From: Blasia pusilla
Lineage: Eukaryota
Length of the DNA: 64,000 nt
Reading direction: 5' to 3'
Assembly: GCA_050084515.1 (NCBI GenBank)
Contig: CM114271.1
Location: 45,880,001-45,944,000 of the forward strand
Made by a program: the position numbers and the translations under genes. Below, one piece after another: positions 13,301 through 25,600 of the stretch (positions within the stretch are counted from its first letter, which is position 1; each line of letters begins with the position of its first letter). The notes below the pieces were generated by a model. The model saw only the letters and a program-made list of their open reading frames with translations, had not been told where the DNA came from and ran no database searches.

Positions 13301-14485
13301 AGTCAGAGAATCAAAAAACGTCATGGAAGACCATCCACTCCATAATGGCGGCACTGGCAACCAAAGGGTGGACAACGAAGGGTGGACCATTGATAGTGAT
13401 AGTTGACCATCGACGGCGGACCGTTGACAGTGACTATGGCGGAAACGGCCGTCGCCGGTGTGGCGGCTGGTTTAGGGTTTGAACAATTTAATCCTAAAAA
13501 TCGCCTAGCAATGGCACTTTTGTAAGATTGACCATACATTTTTTTCTCGCAACTCCAAATTGCGCATTGTTTGTTGCACAGAGTGCACAACTTGACGATC
13601 TATGACAACGTCAAAAAATATTTAGAATCGAACATTCCAGTAAAAATTGATAAGGATTGTTGTAAAGCCCAATGTCTCTTTCTCCTACACAAAATTTGGC
13701 AACGCTTCCGCGGTAATTTCACCCAACGAGAATATAAAACCTATAAAAATACAAATCAGCAAGCTACATGGTGCTCTCGAGAGCACCGGCATGGGGCAAC
13801 CTGCCCCCATAATCAATCCCTATCAGAAATTTGGCAACGCTTCTGCGCGCAGCCCTTGCTCCGGTGAGCACTCCCATGAGCCGCTGAACGGGGAACACGG
13901 TCCCCAACTTGCAAAAACAGCGAGTGTCCAACGAGCTCCCCCATGAAGCTCTCTCACTCTCTCATTCTCTCATTGTAAAGTAAGATCCAATCTCTCTCTA
14001 CACCATCTGACACCATAGCTCTCAAAGGTGTGCACTCTCTCTCATGTCAAACCAAACCCACTCCCCTAATGAGAGGCTTGGGTTAAAATCACAAGGCAAG
14101 GGACCATAGCTCCGCCGTCTTATGCCAAGAGGTTCAACAAAGAGAGAATGAGCTCTCAAGCTCTCTCTCCTTGAGGTATACCGCTCCCCTCTTCCAAGTT
14201 CTCTCCATGGTAACCTATGCTCCCAAGTCACCTCCTTGGCTCTTGACCTGATGTAGGAGGTCAAGGGCCACTTACCAAAAATATAAAGTCGATCATATAC
14301 TCAAAATGGTACTTACCTAAAATAGTTCCTCAATATGGCTCCAAATGAGCCAAACGAAGGGGAAACCTGCTCTCTCAGGTTTCTCGGGGCCTTAGCAGGT
14401 CATCCTTGACCTACTGAGTGTGTCCTCCACTACTCACAAAAGGCACTCTACTAGATCTCACCGATCTATCCTAAAATACGCGATA
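10386..14485 (-). mobile_element. Truncated Ty3/gypsy-like retroelement, copy 2: 5' LTR (~14485-12576) plus longer decayed gag with zinc knuckles
   Basis: Reverse complement of 11490-14485 aligns with 7296-10385. Gag text GTIELHDFIVEFRSWCD...MFQHLEEAPMDDYHEF (11969-12283). Knuckles CWSCGGAHHHHDC (~11335-11375) and CNYC*RYGHTPATC (~11222-11265). No RT, RNaseH or integrase seen. Confidence 0.85.
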
Positions 14486-14929
14486 CTAAACCTTCAATGG
14501 AAAGAAGGTTTTTTCATTTTTCATTATGTCAAACTTTCCCAAGTTGCATTTGTAGCACTCTTGCAACGTTTTGAGCAAAATGAAGTTGTGACCACGAGCT
14601 CAAAAATCACACTTACCAATTTCACCTTAAATATAAAAAATAAATTCTTTACTAGCGAGAAGTATATAAAAAGGAATGTCATAAAAATGACATTCTTACA
14701 ATAGTCAACACGAAACAAGTTTGCTACAACTATCTATTAATCCATCTCACTAAATTTTTTAATTACTCTCCTAGTCTAGGTCTATGGTTGGGTCTGGTGG
14801 ATTAGGATGTAAGTGGTAATTTGGCATCTTGCAAGTGAAGGTTATCTTCATGATTACCATCACGATTTCTTACATGCAAGCTAGATTCACTCCCATCTTC
14901 TACTACCCTTCTAGCTTGTTCATGTCCAT

Positions 14930-16946
14930 CCCTTTATGAAAATTATTGCTCGTACAAGAGCGCTTGTCTTGATTTCCGAGAAACACCCTTGTCTTCAAAC
15001 CTTGAGTTTGTGTGGATGTAAACCAAATCCCTGGCACGCTCGTTGGTCAATTTATTCCTTTGCTTGTTATGGATGAAACCATAACTACTCCAATTTCTTT
15101 CCGCTGAAGAAGATGAAACCACTTGTGCTTATATGAACTCAGCCACATAGCGCAATGTTGGTGCACCTTGACCATGTATGCTCCACCAATCTGAGGGACT
15201 AAGTGAATCAACAACTTCCCTACCAAATTCATCCATAAATATTTTCTGATGGTTCACAATATTGCCCAACTCTCGCAAGCAAATTGCCACATAAGAATTA
15301 GCCTCAGTGACATTGAGGCCATGCAACCCCGTTGCATAAAGTTTCAGATATTTTTTGAAATCTCTCATGCACTCAACATTTTAAGTCATGTCTTGAACAC
15401 TATCAAGAAGATTGTAAGGGGCGAGAATGTAGCCTATAGCATATAACTTGTTGTGGATAAGTGCCCACCGCCTAGAAATAACATCGACCATCTCTATAAC
15501 TCTAGACATTATGACAAAATAATCACGACGGCTTCCACCCACACCGAGCCATGGAGTTATAGGAAAAGAACGAGTCTCTTCCATTATCTAAAAAATATGG
15601 CGATAAATACGCCCAATCATTGCTTTATGACCATCACACTCTCTCAGCAGAATAATAGTTGGTTGAGTCGCAACAAACAAGTCCTACCCTCCATCCAAAA
15701 ATCATGATTTGCCATAGTAGTCTCAATCTCTCGTTCCTTCTCCTTTACCTCGCATCCTTGCCATTGAAATACTCCCTAAAAGCATTGGTGGCAACCATGG
15801 CGTGGAACACCTCCCTCAATTCTAAGACGCGTCCCAACATGATAAATTTGTTGCAAAGCATGTATTTGCAGGAAGCAACAATCGTCTCTTCATTGGATTG
15901 GTTTCCATAAATTTGGCCATCACCCAAGTTCTAGTCTTCACAAATACTACCATCTCACGAGCTTGTGCAAAAATCCTGTACACCCAAGGCCATTAACCCC
16001 ATTCTTCGCACACTAGATCAAGAGAATGTGATACGCATCCACCCCAAAGAATATGAGGTAAATTTGCTTTGATAAGTTTCCCTCTTGCTCGCTCATTGCT
16101 AGTATTGTCTGTCACAAGTTGCAACACATTCTTTGGACCGATGCGCATGATAGTCCTCTCTATGTGACCTGCCAACCATTCCGCCGTTTGGGATTCCCCT
16201 TTGGTTTCTATTGACTCAATCATGACCTCACCTTGTGGATATGAGACCATTATATTCACTAAAGACTAGCTCCTCACATTGGTCCAAGAATCCGTTATGA
16301 TTGTGGCCCCCAAATGCAAATTTTCAATATGCCATCCACCTTTTCTTTCACCTTCCCCATATGTTTCTCAAGTAGGGTGGTGCGCAACGAATTGTAACTA
16401 GGACCTGAGTAACCCTTCACCTTTGTTGTTGCCAACACTGCTCCTTTGAAAGCATCTAGCCGTACTAGGTTGAATGGTATTCCACATTCGTAGAAACACT
16501 TCACCCACATGTCATTCGCAACTTTTATGCCTTGGATGTTGAAAGAATCCCTTGCTTCTTCCCAGAACGACTACTCCCTCAAATGGGCCGAACAACTCCT
16601 CTGCATTCCTTGAGACTATCACTTGGTGGTATGTCCGTAATCCCATCAATATTTTGTACAACATAAACACTATTTCCTATTTTTTTCAAATCTATTTATA
16701 ATGGAGTCGTCTCTTCCACTTCACTCGAAGGTCTCACTTCTCTTATTTGTCCATTTTCCACTAGTATCTTGTTTCGGAGATCCAATTGCACGCTAGGAGG
16801 GAGCTTATGCTATGATAGGTTTTCATAGAATAGGAACAATACTTGCATTGCCATCTGCTTGATGTTCCATCTTCCATCTGTACTTCTTCCCAATATTCCT
16901 TCATAATATATTGGAGTTTTGTGGCTTTGGTCATGACTACAGGCAC
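14930..16946 (-). pseudogene. hAT-superfamily transposase pseudogene (BED finger, DUF659-like core, hAT dimerisation domain)
   Basis: WEEVQMEDGTSSRWQCKYC (BED), CFYECGIPFN..GYSGPSYNSLRTTLL, DSWTN, LQLVTDNTSN, WGGCVSHSLDL (CxxH), WWSIHGQGAPTLRYVA, SSSAERNWSSYGFIHNKQRNKL. Multiple frameshifts and stops. Confidence 0.92.
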
Positions 16947-17669
16947 TCACTAATCCCATCCAACAATTTAGTATGTCAATATTAATATATATCGATCAAT
17001 AAAATATATGCAAATTACACCAAATATTGTCAATGAATGCTCCAATAACAAAACTTGGAACATTCACTATGAACAAGAAAGATCAATATGCTAACCTAGA
17101 TAACCGAAATACCTTTAGTATCAGGGTTATCTAGTGGCAAAACATATTCTCACTTTTCAAGTTCAGCTATGTATAGAGGAAAAACTTCCGCAAAAGAGAG
17201 AGAGAGAGAGAGAGAGAGATGAAGGGAGGAATGAGATTGTGAGGGTATACAAAAAATGAGGAATTTTATATAGGGGAGGATGGAAGGAAGAGAATGAACC
17301 CTTCTAACTCCCCAAATCATCTACCTCCATTTACAATCGATTACTAAACCATCTCTATTAATTTTCTTTAACAAACCTATTTTTATTCTCATATTAGATT
17401 CCTTCTTGACCTATCCTAACTTCTTGACCTAGTTTAAATTTCCAACAGACCTATTTTGCAATACAACCACCCTATTCAAATCTATTTTAATATTGTCATT
17501 CCTTTCTCCACCACTAGGATCCCAAATTCATCAATTACTCTCATTTCTAACTAACTCGTATTCTCCTACAACAATCCTATTCCAACCTCTCAAACTGTCA
17601 ATCATCCAAACCATAATAGTGACATAATTTATTTAATACCTCACTAAAATCCCACGACCCCCCAACAAC

Positions 17670-18204
17670 CCTTGGCCCGCACGACCCGCAAGCATCCCGC
17701 AGTGCGGGCCATCTACGGGCTCCCAGGCCTACGGGCCTGCTCAACAGCTTGCCTACGAGCCCGCACCCTTGCCCGCACGTGGGCTCTAGGGCCCGCGCAG
17801 AGCCCGCACTACGGACCTTGGAGTCCGCGCGCAGGCACTACGCGGGGTCTAGGGTCCGCAACAAGCTCCCGCTTGCGAACTCGGCAACCTGCATGCAAGC
17901 CTGCGTTGTAGCCCGCATGCAGGCTCTCATGCAGGCAGGCAGCCCGCACCCTAGCCCGCACCCTAGCCCGCAACGAGCCCGCGCGAGGGCTCGATGGCCC
18001 ATGACATAGCCCGCATGTGGGCTCTAGGGCCCGCGACTAGCTTGCGCGCGGGCTCCCAGGCCCGCAAGCGAGCCCGTGCCGGGCTCGACGGCCCGTGACC
18101 TAGCTTGCAGGCGGGCTCCAAGGTCCGTAGTGAGCCCGTGCGCGGGCTCAATGGCCCGCATGCGAGCCCGCGCCCTAGCTTGCATGCGAGCTCCCACGCA
18201 CATG
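17670..18204. repeat. GC-rich subterminal repeat array at the 5' end of the hAT element
   Basis: Many copies of GAGCCCGC/CTAGCCCGCA/GCGGGCTC/CTCTAGGGCCCGC immediately upstream of the transposase. Confidence 0.8.
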
Positions 18205-20219
18205 ATGGAGAACAAACAAGGACCCATGATGTGATCAAAGAGGCAATAATATAGGTGACTCGTGTGTTAGGGTACATCATTCACTATTACATTTGCAACC
18301 ACTTGCCGAGTTCTAGGAGCCTCAACTTAGGCGGAATATAGTCATAGTATAATCACAATGAACTCACAACTTTGCAAGTCTTGCTCTTGCGCGCAAAATT
18401 AAGAATTGGACTCAAAATTTGCAATTGCAATGTGGCAAGACAATTCGATTTTCTCACAATTGCAGTTTAGTTGCAAAAGGCTTGAAAGGTATTTATACAT
18501 GACTCGTAACTTTATAAGTTGTTTGTGGGACTTTGCGAGTCTGAGTAGTTGCAAAAAAATATTTAAAAAATTGACTCACATCTCAGTCATAAAAAGATCT
18601 TTAAAAATAATAAAAAATTTGCAAAAACTCAAATAAACAACGAGTCTAAGTAGTGGTTTTTGTTGCGTACTTGCAGATTTGCACATTATCCTAGTCATCA
18701 ACAAGTCACCCTCAACACTTTGGGTTTGATCTCCACTCTCCTCCAACGTGCTGTATGGATACTCTCTGTTCCACTACAAAAGAGGTTTCTCCACTTGAAA
18801 ATGAATTGTTTTCTACTCCTCTTTCGCTCAATTTATCTTTATTTTGGGATCTTTAAAAATACTTTTTAAAGGGGAAAATTTGCCTCCTTCCAATTTCTTC
18901 TTTGGGATGCCTTTTCCCCCCCTTCATTCATTTCTTCTAGTTTAGAAACAAAAAAAATTCGAAAAAATGTTGTGTTGTGAACCTCACTTATCCATATGTC
19001 CTTCAATATTACACCAAAAATCTTACCCACAACAATCTCAAGACCTAGCTCCACTACAGAGAGAAATTACTTTGAGAGTGAACAAAGGAGTAGTCTTGGA
19101 AAGTTGGGGGGAAACAAAAGAGAGCACATGTGGAGGCAACAGGGGAATTCATGGTTGAGGTTTTAATGTTTGCAAGTATCTTTGCGAGTGTGTTTGTGGA
19201 TACTATGTGATTTTTTTATGAGTGTAATGTAAGTCATTTGCAAGTGTACCTAAATACTTTTGTTGTGTGAGTTTTATGAGTACATTGTATCTCTTATAAG
19301 TCGCAAGTTGTAATGCTTAGTGCGAGTTACTAATTTGTGAGGTATGCTCGTAAATCTCAATGCAAGGTGTTTGCAAGTTTTAGTGGCTTGCCAGACTTAC
19401 AAATGCACAAGACTCTCAACTTATTTGCAAAGTTTGGAATGATAGCAAAGTAGAGTTGACTTAATTTGAGCTCATAAATGGCTCGCATGAAGTGGACTTG
19501 CAAAGTGGTTATAAACGCAAAAAAAGACTCACAAAATGGAGAAGGAGCGCCTCTTATCCCTTGTAGTAATTGGGCCAAGGGCAACTACATATCCTATCTT
19601 CTCTGACACAATAAACCTCTCGACCAATTGACTTTGTTTTGTCCCAAAGTGACTTTTATTTATTGGACAATATGGTAGTTTGCGATCTTGCACCTTATAG
19701 GTTGGTGCATCGAGTTGCACACACTGTGCAGCTAATGTAGTGGCGAGAATCAAGGAATTAAGTTATGCGGTGAGATATGTGATTGATGACTTTACCCCTT
19801 TTGTAGTGAAAGTTTTTGGGCACTTAGATGTGTCTTTTCATACTTTCTTAAATTATGTGATTACTAATTCCTCCGTAATCATCAACTCGCCTATTTTAGT
19901 AGTCTTCCTATTTCCATTGTCATTACTTATTATCTACAATGAATTTGGATGGCATTCGAGCTTGCACAAACATTCACATTGATCAAGGTAAAGTGATGGA
20001 TGGTGATTTGTCTTGGCACACATTTACATCTCACCAACCATTAATATTGCGTCAATTTTTATTCAAACCATTATTGAATTCATTTTCTTCCCATATTTCT
20101 TCTCCTTCCTCTCTTCACTTTCCTTCTCCTCCTAGAAATTTTTTTACATGATATATATTTTTTATTTTGAAAAGAAGCTATTAATCATAGGCACTCTGTT
20201 GTTAGCCAAGGATTGGTAA

Positions 20220-20445
20220 TCTATATTATTATTGGAGGGTGCCTTTTTGATTTGCAAACACCTCTTTATTTGACACATGACAATCGGACAACAAGAAAAT
20301 GTTTCCCTTCTTGTAGAGGAGGAAACATTTTCTTGTTGCACGGTTGCCACATGTCAAGCAAAAAATGTTTTCAAATCAAGAAGGCACTCTCCAATAAAAA
20401 TATAATGGACAACCCATGCCATGCACTAGGGGGTGAAGGGTCTAG
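20220..20445 (+). mobile_element. Miniature non-autonomous Helitron-like element with fold-back body
   Basis: A|TC start (TCTATATTATTATT at 20220), degenerate subterminal hairpin CCCATGCCATGCACTAGGG, CTAG|T end at 20445. 20222-20404 is an imperfect palindrome. Confidence 0.7.
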
Positions 20446-22617
20446 TTCTATTCTTGCCAAGAAAACTTTTTTTTCCCTAAAAGTCATTTTCTTTTGCCAC
20501 ATGTCAAACAAAGACGTACTTGCATATAATACTGTCCCCTTTTTTTTTCATTTTGAAAAAAATTATGCACTTCGTTGTTAGCCCAGGAATGATAATGAAT
20601 GTTAGTTGTTAATACAGGAAGGTTCTATACTAATCGCACCTTCGGCGGAAGAAAAGAAAAGCGCCGGGGCTGGTTCAGTTTACGACTCCGGGAACCCCGT
20701 GAAATCAATGTTGTATCGTTTCCTCCCGCTCTTCAGATGCTGTTCGAAGTCCGGGACGGTGTTAGCCACTTCCAGCACGCGTGGAGAATTCCGAGGAGGA
20801 GCGATTGTGCATGATGCGTTAGTTTCAATGGATTGCAGGCTGCCAGGGAACGGCAACAGCAGGCAGCGCATGGCGCGGGCGACGCAGGGCCGCGGCGCCG
20901 AAGTCTGAGTTGGAATTCGGAGGTACTGTAATTCTTTCTATTTGCGGCGGCATGTGCCCTGCTCGCTTTTCACAGCTCTTGCTGCGCCTGTGGAGCCTTG
21001 CACTGGTGGGACATTAACTGCACAATGCTGGATTCCATCTCGTAGATTCTGTGTTGTGTCAGAGATTCTGCGGATCGAGGTAATGTTCCTTGTTTGTGTT
21101 CGTCATGCTGTGTCCCCTAGTGCGATAGCCGCAAGCAAGGTTGGGGTTGTGTGTGGACGCTGAGAAGATGTGGTGACTGACTCTCTCTGCATGGTTGTAG
21201 TCGCGCGTTTAGTTCCCGGTAGATGAAACAGGTAATCGTTTGCTGGCGGATCGTTAGTGTTAGTGTTCGATCAATCTTGAGCCGCGGAGTTTTCGACCGT
21301 GATAAAACTCAAGAGAGGAGGGAGGCTTTTATTGTGTTGGCGAAAGTTGAAGAGCAGTTTTTCGTTGGACTCGAAGAGTGTGGATTACGAGACGAATTGC
21401 CTTACAAGATCAATACTATACTGTGATAGGCCGCTCACCGAAGCTCCGTTGGTATCAAGAGAGGATGGCGCAGTGAAGGATCGTGTGTACTAGGGGGTAT
21501 TTCCACGGATATTGTTATAGGACTTGCTGCTAGTTTGTTCCGTGTATGCGCGGCGCATGGACGTGTCAGAATCTTCTCCATATCTCACGAACTTTTCTTT
21601 TCTCCCCTCATTGATCGTTCTGGAACAGGGAATTCCTAGACCTGCATTTCAGTCTTTTGCATGCAGAGTTCCACAATAAGCTAGAGAGTCTTACAAAATT
21701 GGTGCCGTCAAAGTTAGCCAGTCGAACTTGAAGCATTTCTGGTGTCGTGACAACCCCGCCTGTGCGCGAGTTCACCCGTTAAAGTAACATCATATCTAGA
21801 AGCGGCTCTACCCGTCGTTCGCAGCCTATCCACCCGAAAATCCAGAGTACCTGTCATACTGTCATCGTCGTTTGGAAACGAATTCTGGCAATTTATGGTT
21901 GCAATCGCTTTGAAACATATATCAAGGAGAATAGTTAAGACGAGAGGAACTCGGAGAACCAAGAAGCATTCATGCGGGGCCCCTTGTTCTGGTGTTCTAT
22001 CTGCTTCCTATGTTGCTGTTTCTTATGCTGCCGTCCGCGCCGGCGCCGTCCACGACCAAGGACCGTTTTGTGTTAATCTCTTCACGCAAGTAAAGTCTCA
22101 TGCATGTCTTTGATGCATTTTCCCCCTTTCGTTATTCAGTCGTGGGGCTTTCGGAAATGGTAAATTACTCTAAGAAACAGGGAAGGTCTATTATTGTTTA
22201 ATTAGTTTTTTTTTCAGTAGTTGTATTGCTCTCCATGTAAAGAAAACTTCGCACCTCATTGTCTTGGTGGAGATTTATCCTGAGTCTAAGCAGGACCTTC
22301 TCATCTTCGTTTCTTGCGGTGAATCTCGGAGAGGACAGACCTTTCATTTCATTTCGTTGTTTTTGGATTATTTTTCCTCTTTGAGATCGTTGGACGGAAT
22401 TTTGGGCTACGTGAAGTTGTGCTAGATTTACTGCCACAGCTGGCTTTTATTAAGGCTCAAGGCACTCATACTGAAGGATCATGAACCTGATAGCCTGAAA
22501 CGAGAACTTCCCTTGGGGAGTTTTGGAAGCACGTCCAGGATCGTTTTAAACGGAGATTTGTATTGTGTGCAGGTTCAGTACAAAATGTGAGCCTGGTACA
22601 GTGCAGCGCTTGGAAGA

Positions 22618-25600
22618 ATGATGGGTGAAATCCTCTCAGATGTTGGAAGGATGATGGGTGAAATATTATCAGAGCTTGCAACGATGACAGGTGAAATATA
22701 TTACATCACGGTCAACTTCATTGCATCTGCTACAAGACCTTGCCGGCAATTCCTATGGTTCGCCTTGTACTTGTACATTTCTGCCTGGACCACTGGAATC
22801 GCTTGGGCTTTCGGAGTACTACACATCCCGGTCCGAATGTTCATTGTCCCTATCTGGATGTTTACTTCACCTCTACGAGTGCACCAGGTCTTTTTCTCTC
22901 ACAAGTCTTGTCTGGTTTGCTAGAAAACATGTGATTTTGTGACTATTTGTTGGTGTGGACATTGTTTGTTTAGCGATTCTGGACTCAAGAAAGGTGATTG
23001 AGCGTCACAGTTTTTTTCCTTTAAAGCCTAGGATTGAACACGTGTGCTCATAGTTTATAAGGCCCAGCAAGAATTGGTGACAGAAGTCTAGCGTACAAGG
23101 ATTGAGTCATACTTGACTAGTTTAAACTTCCAAGTGATTACCATACGAATTCAGGACCAAACAATATGAAGTTTAGACTTCATTTAAAGCCTAGGATTGA
23201 ACGCGTGTGCTCGTAGTTTATAAGGCCCAGCGAGAATTAGTGACAGAAGTCAATCGTACAAGGATTGAAGCAGACTTGACTAGTTTAAACTTCCAAGTGA
23301 TGACCACACGAATTTAGGACCAAACAATATGAAGTTTAGACTTCATTCAAGCGTAGGATTGAACGCGTGTGCTCATTGTGGCGTTGCAGTGGAGCATTCT
23401 GTATACATTAAGTCCTACGTTATGAGCAGCACTATTAAATTTCCCAGTTGCCACATGAATTAGGCTCTTTGCGGTGTGGTAGCATAAAATCTGATCTCAA
23501 GAGGCTTGGTAATTATTTCAGATGCCTTAGGTTTAGGGAAGTTGAATATGGAAGTGCCAATTTTAAGAAGAAAATCTAGAGTTAGAAGACACATTTCACT
23601 ACTTTGTGAAGTAGACAAGCACAGAAAATATGCTTTCACCACCCTAGAGCAGGACCTTGCATAGTCTGCCTCACTTGGATCCTTAATCATCTAAGATTAA
23701 GAATTTGTACCTGGGGATATCACCTTTGGGTACGCTTCTGAAGCCCAACTTCACAATAGGTACTTTTCTTGTGAAACGTGGAAAAAGTAGGATCGTGCAC
23801 AATCTTGTTCTCCACAACGACTGGAATGGGACTCAGTTTGCACCATCTCTAATGTACTCTGGGGTTGCCAATCAGTGAATGAGAGAATTTCCGGTCCTTT
23901 CCTATATTGTACTTCAGTCACTTGTTCCTACTGTGCCCTTTCTGGCCACCAGTACCTCCAACCAAGGCACATGGTGTATGGACGATGATAGGTACTACTA
24001 AATGATCACACTCTCTTGGTAGGTGCCTACACCCATACTTGAATATGTTCCTCATGACATCCATCCATGGTGTTAATTCATAAGGTTCGAGGTGGTTGGT
24101 GGCCCCTAAACTTAGTTTGTGAAGGCTTGTTCTTTAAGACATTTTCAGGTCTTCTAAACCCTAAATACTTCCACTTTATGTCAATTTAATATGAGACGCT
24201 CTAGCAGGCTGTGTAAGTTCTCTAAATGTAGGTTCCCTTATTCCATTGATGAAGTGAGTGAAATTCTGGGAAACGAAGATGCTCTGGTTTCATGCATTTC
24301 CTAGTTCCCTGTTACCTGCACAAGGCATGGCTGCCGTAGCAAGCACCTTCCAGATACAGGGATCTCCTCTTATTTATATTCCTTAGAGACACCCGTTTGT
24401 GGTTGAATTGCCTCAGAGTTGTGACAGGCTCCTCGTAGTGAGTGGTTTTGTGTATTGGCTTATAACAGTAGTTGACTCTGTACTGCAAGAGAACTACTTG
24501 CAATTGAATTTTTTCTGGCTGTTGCATTTATCTGAAGCGTAAGGGATTGCTATTCCGATTGGATGTAGTGGTCTATCAAAATGAGAGTGCTGCTACTTGC
24601 TTTGGCCTCAAATTTCACCAGACGTGACTCCCCAAGGTCCATCAAGTTTCTGTATGAGAAAATTCGGAATGTTTCTCTCATACATCAAGACTCAATTGAT
24701 AATGAAAGATTATCGCCTTCAAGTATTGCATGAGTTTTTGTAGTCATACAGCACATGACTGTCAATTTTTATGATGTTTCACTTCTAAGCTGTTTGTAAC
24801 ATGTACTGTATGACTTCACAGTTAACAATGCAACTCAGCAAGCTCCAAGCGGACTGTGACCACCTGCACATAAAAAACTATGAATTGGAGACAAGGCATA
24901 GGCTAGTTGTGAATGAGCACCGACAAGTCGAGCAGAGTTTGCAGGATGCATTGGCATGCGAAATCAAGAAGGGAGGCCAAAAGTCAAAGATCATAAAGCT
25001 GAAGGTAATTGTAGTCCGCATTGGATATGCGAGTTCCACCAACATCCAGAATGATGGGGTTGCAACAGTTACAGGTTGTTCACAATAGACTTCTTTTGAT
25101 GATTACTCATCAACATGTTTATGTAGATGTGACGTTTAAAAGCTGTACCATTCATGTTTTATGCTGGAAGCTATTCCATAATATCATTCTTATGTCGTCA
25201 AGCTTGTGATTGATAGTTTCGGGAAACCCTTTTTGCCATCTGGTCTCTGGATAGACACAGACAGGATTAGATGGGTTTGCAAGAGAAAAAGAAGAAGGTG
25301 ATTTGGTGCCTGATCTCTTCTGGCAGACTAACTTCCTCTGGGTCCGGTATTGATAAACTTTATAGATGAAAGAACTCGAGGCACAGAATGTCAAGATCGA
25401 AGAACTGCAGAGACGGGTGCAGGTTCAGAGAGGTGTAAGAGAGATTCTCCATGCACCCCAGAGAGATGTGAACAATGACACCCGAACGAAGCTTTTATTT
25501 GCGAACCCAGCACAAGAAATCGTTCAACAGGACGAGAGCGAGGCCTTGGTGCTCAAGCCTGCATCTCAAGGAGACCATGCGTTTCCTTCCATGATATGCC

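Larger units (their letters stand above)
6907..18204 (-). mobile_element. Putative full extent of a decayed hAT DNA transposon, interrupted by an LTR-retroelement fold-back
   Basis: Imperfect terminal inverted repeat: CATCTGCATGCGAGCTCGGATGCGGGCT at 6907 vs reverse complement of 18177-18204, CATGTGCGTGGGAGCTCGCATGCAAGCT. GC-rich subterminal arrays of GAGCCCGC/GGCCCGC lie at both ends (6907-7255, 17670-18204), and a transposase lies inside. No matching 8-bp TSD (ACGACAGA vs ATGGAGAA). Confidence 0.6.

Noticed and set aside
7296-14485. DIRS-type element with inverted terminal repeats
   Set aside because: The inverted arms include gag itself, and no tyrosine recombinase or RT is visible; better explained as two fused LTR-element halves.
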